Assembly: GCA_048882385.1 (NCBI GenBank)
Contig: JBHLRQ010000026.1
Coordinates: 22,822 to 35,223 of the forward strand
Source of the DNA: Candidatus Thorarchaeota archaeon
GTDB taxonomy: Archaea > Asgardarchaeota > Thorarchaeia > Thorarchaeales > Thorarchaeaceae
Length of the DNA stretch: 12,402 nucleotides
Direction: 5' to 3'
Position 1 is the stretch's first letter. Each line of letters starts with the position of its first letter. Position numbers and translations under genes: made by a program. Below, piece by piece: positions 1 to 7,229 of this stretch. The notes below the pieces were generated by a model. The model ran no database searches, was not told where the DNA came from, and was given only the letters and a program-made list of their open reading frames with translations.

Positions 1-14
1 AGAAGGAGGAATAA
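1..14 (+). other. Probable 3' end of an upstream CDS (possibly hdrC) containing the RBS of hdrB
   Basis: AAG GAG GAA TAA (3-14, ...KEE*) ends 2 nt before the hdrB TTG and contains GGAGG (5-9). The layout matches the hdrC-hdrB junction at 7731-7752. The identity of the upstream gene is inference. Confidence 0.4.
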
Positions 15-16
15 TC

Positions 17-937
17 TTGGCAAAACAGTCATTCTATCATTTTCTGGGCTGTATCATTCCACACAGATATCCAAGTGTTGAGAGTGCAGTGAAGCTCATC
101 TTCAAGGATCTTGGAGTGGATCTACTTGATATGGAAGGTGCAACGTGTTGTCCTGCGCCTGGTGTCTTCGGTTCATTTGACAGAGTGACCTGGGCAACTA
201 TAGCCGCTCGGAATCTGACAATTGCGGAGGCTGGGGGTCATCCGATCACGACAGGATGCAATGGATGCTTTGCTAGTCTTTGGGATGCTAATCATGAACT
301 GAAGCATGATGATGAACTCCGGGATAAAGTCAACGAAAACCTCGCAGAGATAGACCGTGAGTGGAAAGGCACAATTGAAGTGTGGCATTATGTTGATGCG
401 CTCTACTCTGTAGTTGGACTTGATAAAATTCGGAAACATGTCACTCGTCCATTCAAAGGTGTTCGAATGGCACTTCACCCGGGTTGCCATTGGATGCGTC
501 CGAAGCAGATTAAGAAGAAAGACGATTCAGAGCGTCCTCATATATTCAGAGACCTTTGCGAAACTTCTGGGGCAGAATATGTGCCCTATAAGGATGAGCT
601 GATTTGCTGTGGAGCGGGAGGTGCTGTGCGTACAGCAGACGTCAAAACTGCTTTAGACTTCACAAGACAGAAATTTGACAGCCTCCTTGAAGCTGGAGGA
701 GCTGACATCGTTGTCACACCATGTCCATTCTGCGAGCTTCAACTAGACATGGGACAGGTTGAGATTCAGAACTACTTCGAAGCAGAATATCACTTCGACG
801 TTCTTCATGTGGTCGAGCTTCTTGCTCTCGCTTTTGGTCATGAACCTGATGAATTTGGACTCACAACTCATCTACAATATATGCAGAGAAAGAACGCTCC
901 AAACTGGGAGCGACTTGGAATTGAGGTTAAGACCTAA
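17..937 (+). CDS. hdrB: Heterodisulfide reductase subunit B, methanogen (CoB-CoM) type
   Basis: Two CCG domains with all non-cubane [4Fe-4S] ligands: FLGC, TCCPAPGVFGSFD, CNGC, HPGCH, CCGAGGAVR, CPFC. TTG start with GGAGG upstream. Confidence 0.96.
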   Translation: MAKQSFYHFLGCIIPHRYPSVESAVKLIFKDLGVDLLDMEGATCCPAPGVFGSFDRVTWATIAARNLTIAEAGGHPITTGCNGCFASLWDANHELKHDDELRDKVNENLAEIDREWKGTIEVWHYVDALYSVVGLDKIRKHVTRPFKGVRMALHPGCHWMRPKQIKKKDDSERPHIFRDLCETSGAEYVPYKDELICCGAGGAVRTADVKTALDFTRQKFDSLLEAGGADIVVTPCPFCELQLDMGQVEIQNYFEAEYHFDVLHVVELLALAFGHEPDEFGLTTHLQYMQRKNAPNWERLGIEVKT

Positions 938-939
938 CA

Positions 940-1953
940 TTATTCCTCCATCAAGTGAACAATGTTCTCTCTGCCTTCTCTGAGCCGTTTTATTAGTCCT
1001 CGCTCTTCAAGGGAAGTCAGAACTGTACTGGCTAATGATTGAGAGATATCAAGTTCTTCATAGATTTCTCTCTGAGGGCTTGATCCTCCCTTCTTCGATA
1101 GAAAACTGAGGACCTGTTCTTCCTGTTTTGAAAGCCTCATCGGAGTAATCACTGTTCTTGTCTGCAACTTTTTGATGATCAGAGGTATTCGTTCAATGAA
1201 TAGAACCGCGACCGCTCCAATAAATAAAAATCCCAAACCTAGTAACACTGAGTTGAACTGATCAGGTGGTGCAGCGATGATTGCAGCTGGAAGTTGATAT
1301 TTGATGATGTATGCAACCTCTTGGCCTGGTAGCATATGGCTTCGGTACCAGACATAGATGTGTCGAAAACCATCTGTAAAATTCATCGTGGGATTAGGGA
1401 ACAGCGGTGCAGCAGCATCAGTCTGCAGGATTGCATGAGGGGGCAGTACCGCAGTGAATGTTAAATTCTGTATTTCGTAGAGTGGTCGTATATAGTAAAT
1501 CAGATGATTGACATACATGGTTTCATCATCGTTTAGTCCAATTTGCTCTTGAAGACAATCCGTTGATAGGTTCATCGTCAACAAGAGCATTGAACCTGAT
1601 GATATTGGAGAGGATGATGTTACTCTTATGAGATTGTAGTTGCTTTCCGGAATGACCGTCGTTTCCGCAATTGAATCATTCAGACTAGCTCCAGTTATGT
1701 TGAGATTTCGAACATCTATTCTCAAATCGAAAAAATCTAGAGAATCTACTCCAACATTAATCACTTCTGACTCAATGACTAGTGTTGTTGCACATTCCGT
1801 ACCCAAAATCGCAGTTATGTTCATATTCGACATTACCAAGTCTTGTGAACCTGCTTGTGCACTTACTTGAGATATTGCTCCTCCTGATAATATGACTGTG
1901 AATAAGAGCCCAAAGAGTATCAAAGCGTGCCTGTTTAGAACCATTGAGACCAT
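940..1953 (-). CDS. Membrane-anchored transcriptional regulator (COG2512-like): signal peptide, external beta-rich domain, one TM helix, C-terminal winged HTH
   Basis: N-terminal hydrophobic segment (ALILFGLLFTVILSGG...VSAQA), TM helix (VLLGLGFLFIGAVAVLFI), then LSKQEEQVLSFLSKKGGSSPQREIYEELDISQSLASTVLTSLEERGLIKRLREGRENIV, a typical wHTH. Start uncertain: ATG 1953, ATG 1944 or TTG 1959. Confidence 0.85.
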   Translation of the reverse strand: MVSMVLNRHALILFGLLFTVILSGGAISQVSAQAGSQDLVMSNMNITAILGTECATTLVIESEVINVGVDSLDFFDLRIDVRNLNITGASLNDSIAETTVIPESNYNLIRVTSSSPISSGSMLLLTMNLSTDCLQEQIGLNDDETMYVNHLIYYIRPLYEIQNLTFTAVLPPHAILQTDAAAPLFPNPTMNFTDGFRHIYVWYRSHMLPGQEVAYIIKYQLPAAIIAAPPDQFNSVLLGLGFLFIGAVAVLFIERIPLIIKKLQTRTVITPMRLSKQEEQVLSFLSKKGGSSPQREIYEELDISQSLASTVLTSLEERGLIKRLREGRENIVHLMEE

Positions 1954-2002
1954 TTCCAAATGTGTGTAATAAGGCTCTATGAATACTCCGGTATGTTTTC
2001 AT

Positions 2003-2036
2003 AAAGAAAAAGTGGCGGAGGGAAAATAATCCCTCC
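2003..2036 (-). terminator. Hairpin plus T-tract terminator candidate after the acidic surface-protein gene
   Basis: On the minus strand, directly after the TAA: GGAGGGA-TTATTT-TCCCTCC (7-bp perfect stem, 2017-2036), then GCCAC and TTTTTCTTT. Confidence 0.7.
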
Positions 2037-3287
2037 TTAGCGGCGTTTTAGTGTTAGACCGACTGCTGCGACAATTATCACTGATGAGATAATTGCAACA
2101 GACATGACTGGAATGTCTAACGGCGTAGGTGGAACATAAAGCGACGTGCCTTCAAGTAGTCGTACTGAGGGGTCATGAAGGATTGATCCTCCATTGAAGT
2201 TTGGATAAGCAAAGAACAAGAGCAGTCCATTGCCATCTGTCCAGTATGATGCAGCAACATCAACCGCTTCCTTAGAGCCATTCAAATGTGTCACGACAGC
2301 CTTGTCTAGCCAGCGATAGAAACCTCGAGTTTCATCGGTAGATGCCTCAACAAATGAAATCTCTTGGATGTCATCATCGAGAATGTCTTCAAACTCTTCT
2401 CCCAAATCCTCCATCTCAACCTCAGACTCATGATCATCGTCTCCTGACTCCTCGTGTAAACTGAAGTAGTGATTCACATCTTCGCTTGAGGCAACATCTT
2501 CTCTAAGGTAGTTTAAGATAGCTACACTGGATGTATTGGAAGTGTATGGAAAATTACCAACCTCAATGTCAACCTTAAGTTCAACACCTCCAGCAATTGT
2601 GTAGTTGGCCTTGATGCCCTCGTCATCTGATACTGTACCGTTGTAATCATCCATATATACATGGGCATAAAATTGCAGGGTCAGTCCCGCAAACCGAGAG
2701 AAGTTGTGGTCCTCTCCGCCACCCGAAGATAAAAGGCCAAGAATTGGGTCCTCCTCTGGACTATTATCTTCATAACCAGGCATCCAGTCTTTAAACCAAT
2801 CATCCTCCCAATCATCACTGAGACCTCCTTTTGTATAGGCAGCGTAGACCTCTGTGTTGTGCCCTTGTTCATCGGTTAAAGCACCGGTCTTTAAAATCCA
2901 CTCAAAGGCATCAAGTGGAGCAAAGTCTAAGGTTTCGCTTGGTTGATACACATTATCACTATTGCTGTCCTCAAACTCAACAATCATCATGAAACTGACC
3001 ATAAAGCGTGCGAGGCTTCCGTTTTCATTGGCAGTATACCAGTATTGGTAGGAAGGCAATTGGGGGTCCAACGTGACAGTCATGATGTCAGTCTGTATCC
3101 AAGCTCTACCATCATCATCACGATATTCTTCAGGTTCATGCGAGTCATCATGATTCTCATCTTCTGTTTCAGTAGTTGTCGTATCATCATCGCTTGTCGT
3201 GAACGCGTTCACTGGTACAGTTGATGATACAAGCATGAACAGTATTGAAAAGAGTAAAGCTGTTCCAAGCAGAGCTTTTATTCTCAA
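2037..3287 (-). CDS. Highly acidic exported protein with C-terminal membrane anchor, function unknown
   Basis: 416-aa ORF, TTG start with GGTGA RBS (3296-3300). Signal peptide (MRIKALLGTALLFSILFMLVSSTVPVNA), Asp/Glu/His-rich tracts, Pro-rich stalk (VPPTPLDIP), C-terminal TM helix ending LKRR, six N-x-S/T sequons. Confidence 0.85.
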   Translation of the reverse strand: MRIKALLGTALLFSILFMLVSSTVPVNAFTTSDDDTTTTETEDENHDDSHEPEEYRDDDGRAWIQTDIMTVTLDPQLPSYQYWYTANENGSLARFMVSFMMIVEFEDSNSDNVYQPSETLDFAPLDAFEWILKTGALTDEQGHNTEVYAAYTKGGLSDDWEDDWFKDWMPGYEDNSPEEDPILGLLSSGGGEDHNFSRFAGLTLQFYAHVYMDDYNGTVSDDEGIKANYTIAGGVELKVDIEVGNFPYTSNTSSVAILNYLREDVASSEDVNHYFSLHEESGDDDHESEVEMEDLGEEFEDILDDDIQEISFVEASTDETRGFYRWLDKAVVTHLNGSKEAVDVAASYWTDGNGLLLFFAYPNFNGGSILHDPSVRLLEGTSLYVPPTPLDIPVMSVAIISSVIIVAAVGLTLKRR

Positions 3288-3320
3288 CTAATAATTCACC
3301 AGGATGCCCTGTTTCTTTTC

Positions 3321-3330
3321 TTTATATAAT
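3321..3330 (-). promoter_or_regulatory. TATA box candidate for the acidic surface-protein gene
   Basis: Minus strand ATTATATAAA about 33 nt upstream of the TTG start. This would place a transcription start near the GGTGA RBS. Confidence 0.55.
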
Positions 3331-3664
3331 GTCCATTAACGAACCTACAGAATACCAATAATGATGAGAGCCCATACTGCTCCTTTTCTCTACTAACGCT
3401 TTAAGACGCTTCATAACTTTTCGAGAAAGATATTGAACCCATTATGATACAAAAAGAGGTGTGATGAATCAGGTTGAATGAATTCTAACCGGTCGTGAGA
3501 AGTCAACAATCTCAATCTTACTGAGGTCGTCCATACGTTGCGTATCCCCCCGATACTTTATTCGTGTAAGGTAAGCTCGAGTATAGAGCCTTGCTGCCTT
3601 CATATTCTTAGGACGTTGCCTGCGTAATATTAAGTGCATCCATTAGAAATAGTTAATTCTCAAA

Positions 3665-3689
3665 GATTGGCGCCAATCAAATATTTTGA
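3665..3689. promoter_or_regulatory. Palindromic operator candidate upstream of the hdrA-mvhD/hdrC/hdrB operon
   Basis: Perfect 14-bp palindrome GATTGGCGCCAATC (3665-3678) overlapping a second inverted repeat TCAAA-TAT-TTTGA (3677-3689). Confidence 0.4.
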
Positions 3690-3718
3690 CACCTGTCTTC
3701 TCATCAATTGTCAGATGG

Positions 3719-3732
3719 GAAACATTTTATCG
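3719..3732 (+). promoter_or_regulatory. BRE/TATA-like promoter candidate of the hdrA-mvhD, hdrC, hdrB operon
   Basis: GAAACATTTTATCG, 43 nt before ATG 3776; matches 12/14 with the motif upstream of the second hdrA. Confidence 0.5.
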
Positions 3733-3775
3733 GGCATTCACGAATCGTCGAACATCTCTTCGGAGTGACGAAACA

Positions 3776-6700
3776 ATGGCAGAGCCTATATCGAAGCCAG
3801 TTGTCATAATCGGAGCAGGAATTGCAGGAATGCGCGCCGCCCTTGATCTTGCAGATATGGGCGTGAAAGTGTTTCTTGTTGAGAGAAACCCTTCCATTGG
3901 AGGTCACATGTCTCAGCTAGACAAGACATTCCCAACTCTTGACTGTAGTATGTGTATTCAAGGACCGTGGATGGTTGACTGTTCTCGTCATCCTAACATT
4001 GAGATTCTGAGTTACTCTCAAGTCACTGAAGTCACAGGTCAGAGGGGTGACTTTCAAGTAAAGGTGTTGAAACGCACTCGTCGTGTGGATGCTGACAAAT
4101 GCACAGGCTGCGGAGATTGCCAGAGAGTTTGTCCGATCGAGGTGCCCAATGAGTATGACTTGAGTCTTAAAATGAGGAAAGCTGCTTACATCCCATTTCC
4201 ACAAGCAGTTCCTAACATTGCAACGATTGACATGGAGAGCTGTATTGAATGCATGACATGTGTGAAGACATGCAAGGCTGAGGCAATAGTTTTCGATATC
4301 GCTGATGAAACTGTTGTAATTAATGCAGGATCCATCATCATCGCTACAGGATATGAGCTTCTCGACTCTGCATCAATTCCAGAGTATGGTTATGGACGAT
4401 TTCCAAATGTTGTGAGCTCTCTGGAGTATGAACGGATGGTTTCAGCCAGTGGACCCACTGGTGGTGTAGTCATGCGCCCCTCTGATGGACGTGAACCTCA
4501 CAAGATCGCATTCATACAATGTGTTGGTTCACGAGACGTCAATCATTGTTCCTACTGCTCAAAGATTTGCTGCACCTACGCCACCAAGGAAGCCATCATT
4601 ACAAAGGAACATACTCCTGATGTTCACATCGATATTCTCTATAATGACTTGAGAGTTTTCGGGAAAGGATTCGAAGAGTTTCTGGTTCGGGGCGAAACTG
4701 AATACGCCATCAACTATGTGAAAGGTCTACCCAGTGAGATCCAGGAAGAATATGGCACTGGTGACCTACTTGTCCGTCATAGCGATGCGAAAGGTCATGA
4801 TGTCCTCCTTGACACATATGATCTTGTAGTTCTATGTCCTGCTATGGTCCCCTCATCAGATAATGGGCTGTTTGAGCAACTTGGAATCAAGACCGATGAG
4901 TCGGGTTTTGTGAAACCTGAATTGAACTCTCTGATGATTTCTGAAACTGGAATTCCGGGAGTTCACATGTGTGGAGCTGTCCAAATGCCAAAAGACATTC
5001 CTGACTCAGTTGCGCAGGGAAGTGCTGCAGCTGCACTAGCTGCGCTTGATATCAGTATTCCACAGGGTGAAGAAACCGAAGCACTCACAGAGGCTGATCT
5101 AGAGATGGTTGCTGCAGAGCCTCGCATTGGGGTAGTCATCTGTTCCTGTGGTATTAACATCGCAGGCACTGTGGATGTTTCAGAGGTCACTCAGTATGCA
5201 AGTGAACTGCCCAATGTCGTTTATGCTGAAAATCTTCTCTACTCTTGTTCATCAGATGCTCAGGAAGTCATTAAGGATGCAATAGAAGAACACAAACTCA
5301 ACAGATTGGTAGTTGCGTCTTGCACACCACGTACCCATGAACCACTTTTCCGAGCTACCATTGAGGAAGCGGGACTAAACAAGTACCTATTTGAGCTTGC
5401 CAATATACGCGAACACTGTTCATGGGTGCACCAGGCTGACAAGGATGAAGCCACGTCCAAGGCCATGGATCTTGTTCGAATGTCTGTAGCCCGTGCAAGG
5501 CTTCTTGAGGCTCAGGAGGAAGCAGTTACTCAGATTGAACCAACAGTTCTTGTGATTGGAGCTGGAGTGGCAGGGATGGCTGCTGCAGATGTCATCGCAC
5601 AGAAGGGGTTCCAGGTCTATCTCATTGAGAAGCAGGACAAGGTTGGAGGATTCCTCAACGAGCTCAGAACAGTAAACTTCGATAACAGACCTGCATCAGA
5701 GGTAATTGCTGATTATGAGAGTCGAATAGCGAATAGAGAGAACATTGTGGTTATGTTGAACACCGAAGTCATCGAAGCCAAGGGCTCAATAGGCGAGTTT
5801 GAAGTCGTTCTCAAGAGTGGAAACAAGAAGGAAACCCTGACCGTCGGTGTCGTCATAGTTGCTACTGGTGCTGAAGCACTTGAAGAAAAAGGACTCTATG
5901 GTTTAAAGAAGCTCCCTGAGGTCATGACTGAGGTAGAGTTCAATAGTAAAATTGCAGACCAAGCCTTTAACGATGGCGAAACTTTTGCAGTGATTCATTG
6001 CGCAGGTTCTCGTGAGGATGCATCACTAGAAGGATCAAGAACTTGGTGTTCTGGAATCTGCTGCATGGTTGCTCTCGAACATTCCCTAGAACTACTTGAA
6101 AAATATCCAAAATCTCGAATATTCCATTTCTACCGTGACCTACGTGTATTCTATGATGCTGAGGACAAGTATCGCGAAGCCAGAAAGAAGGGTGTGGTTT
6201 TTGTAAGATTCGACAAGGACTCCCCTCCAGAAGTCAAGAAAGGCAAAGACAAGGCTCTCACAGTCACAGTAATGGACCAAGTACTTGGAGCTGAACTGAA
6301 TATTGACGTCGACCATACAGTCCTGGCGACAGCGATGGTTCCACGTCCAAACAAGGAATTATCAGAGCTTTTCAAAGTTCCATTAAACCTGTCAGGATTC
6401 TTCATGGAGGCACATCCAAAGCTACGACCGGTTGACTTCCAGACTGATGGTGTTTTTGTTGCTGGTGCAGCCACAGCTCCAAAAAACATCAGTGAATCAA
6501 TTGCTGAAGGTCAGGCTGCTGCTTCCAGGGCACTCATTCCTCTCATTAGAGGAATCAGAAAGGCTGAGGCCATTGTTTCAGTTGTTGACCCTGAGATTTG
6601 TGTAGGCTGTGGAACTTGTGAAATCAATTGTGCCTACAACGCCATAGAGGTGGTTCCAGGAGATGGAAGTCACGACTATGCAGTCACAAATCCTGTACTC

Positions 6701-7228
6701 TGCCAAGGTTGTGGAAAGTGTGGTGCTGGGTGCCCAGCTGGAGCCATAACTATGAAACACTTCACGGATGATCAGATTATAACACAGATTCGTTCTGCCC
6801 TTGAAGATATGCCTGCAACTGACTCTAGGATACTCACAATTCTCTGTAACTGGTGCTCCTACGCTGGAGCTGATAGTGCTGGTGTATCTAGGTTTCAACA
6901 ACCACCCAATGTAAGGGACATTCGAGTCATGTGTACTGGACGAGTGAGTGTTCAACATATTCTGGAAGCATTCAGACTTGGAGCTGACATGGTGTGGATA
7001 TCAGGTTGCCACATTGGAGATTGCCACTATGTTGATGGAAACATTTCCTTTGAGCGTAGATTTGCTATAGCAAAGAAGATCATTGAGAAAGCTGGACTTG
7101 AACCAGACAGACTTCAGTTCACGCACATCAGTGCAAGTGAGGGATCTATTTGGGCTGAAACAGTCAAGAATTTTGCAGTGCTTGCTGACAAACTCGGACC
7201 TAGTCCGTTGCGACAGAGGAGGCGTTAA
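3776..7228 (+). CDS. hdrA: Heterodisulfide reductase subunit A-like tandem flavoprotein (HdrA-HdrA') fused to a ferredoxin domain and MvhD, ~1150 aa
   Basis: Module 1: VIIGAGIAG, LDKTFPTLDCSMC, inserted 2x[4Fe-4S] ferredoxin, FIQCVGSRD..CSKICC. Module 2: RIGVVICSCG..CTPRTHE..NIREHCSWVH, VIGAGVAG, HCAGSR..CSGICC, EAHPKLRPVD. Then two CxxCxxCxxxC motifs and MvhD (CNWCSYAGAD, RVMCTGR, GCHIGDCHY, LGPSPL). Start moved from TTG 3686 to ATG 3776 because of the GGAGTGA RBS at 3762-3768. Confidence 0.95.
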   Translation: MAEPISKPVVIIGAGIAGMRAALDLADMGVKVFLVERNPSIGGHMSQLDKTFPTLDCSMCIQGPWMVDCSRHPNIEILSYSQVTEVTGQRGDFQVKVLKRTRRVDADKCTGCGDCQRVCPIEVPNEYDLSLKMRKAAYIPFPQAVPNIATIDMESCIECMTCVKTCKAEAIVFDIADETVVINAGSIIIATGYELLDSASIPEYGYGRFPNVVSSLEYERMVSASGPTGGVVMRPSDGREPHKIAFIQCVGSRDVNHCSYCSKICCTYATKEAIITKEHTPDVHIDILYNDLRVFGKGFEEFLVRGETEYAINYVKGLPSEIQEEYGTGDLLVRHSDAKGHDVLLDTYDLVVLCPAMVPSSDNGLFEQLGIKTDESGFVKPELNSLMISETGIPGVHMCGAVQMPKDIPDSVAQGSAAAALAALDISIPQGEETEALTEADLEMVAAEPRIGVVICSCGINIAGTVDVSEVTQYASELPNVVYAENLLYSCSSDAQEVIKDAIEEHKLNRLVVASCTPRTHEPLFRATIEEAGLNKYLFELANIREHCSWVHQADKDEATSKAMDLVRMSVARARLLEAQEEAVTQIEPTVLVIGAGVAGMAAADVIAQKGFQVYLIEKQDKVGGFLNELRTVNFDNRPASEVIADYESRIANRENIVVMLNTEVIEAKGSIGEFEVVLKSGNKKETLTVGVVIVATGAEALEEKGLYGLKKLPEVMTEVEFNSKIADQAFNDGETFAVIHCAGSREDASLEGSRTWCSGICCMVALEHSLELLEKYPKSRIFHFYRDLRVFYDAEDKYREARKKGVVFVRFDKDSPPEVKKGKDKALTVTVMDQVLGAELNIDVDHTVLATAMVPRPNKELSELFKVPLNLSGFFMEAHPKLRPVDFQTDGVFVAGAATAPKNISESIAEGQAAASRALIPLIRGIRKAEAIVSVVDPEICVGCGTCEINCAYNAIEVVPGDGSHDYAVTNPVLCQGCGKCGAGCPAGAITMKHFTDDQIITQIRSALEDMPATDSRILTILCNWCSYAGADSAGVSRFQQPPNVRDIRVMCTGRVSVQHILEAFRLGADMVWISGCHIGDCHYVDGNISFERRFAIAKKIIEKAGLEPDRLQFTHISASEGSIWAETVKNFAVLADKLGPSPLRQRRR

Positions 7229-7229
7229 A

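Noticed and set aside
3110-3192. CAT/TCA trinucleotide runs as a DNA repeat
   Set aside because: They are Asp codon runs of the acidic protein, not an independent repeat array.
3456-3481. GAGGTG RBS-like site followed by the mini-ORF MNQVE-TGA
   Set aside because: Five codons only; TGA read-through gives no recognisable selenoprotein motif.
3686-3775. 30-aa N-terminal extension of HdrA1 from TTG 3686
   Set aside because: No HdrA-like sequence; the RBS and promoter-like motif lie inside it and point to ATG 3776.
3776-7228. Selenocysteine recoding in HdrA/MvhD, as known in Methanococcales and some Asgard archaea
   Set aside because: No in-frame TGA; the relevant motifs (DCSMC, CNWC, GCHIGDCHY, and ECSAC in the second HdrA) all use Cys codons.
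7083-7229. 49-aa N-terminal extension of HdrC
   Set aside because: Overlaps the MvhD coding region in another frame; a strong RBS precedes ATG 7230.
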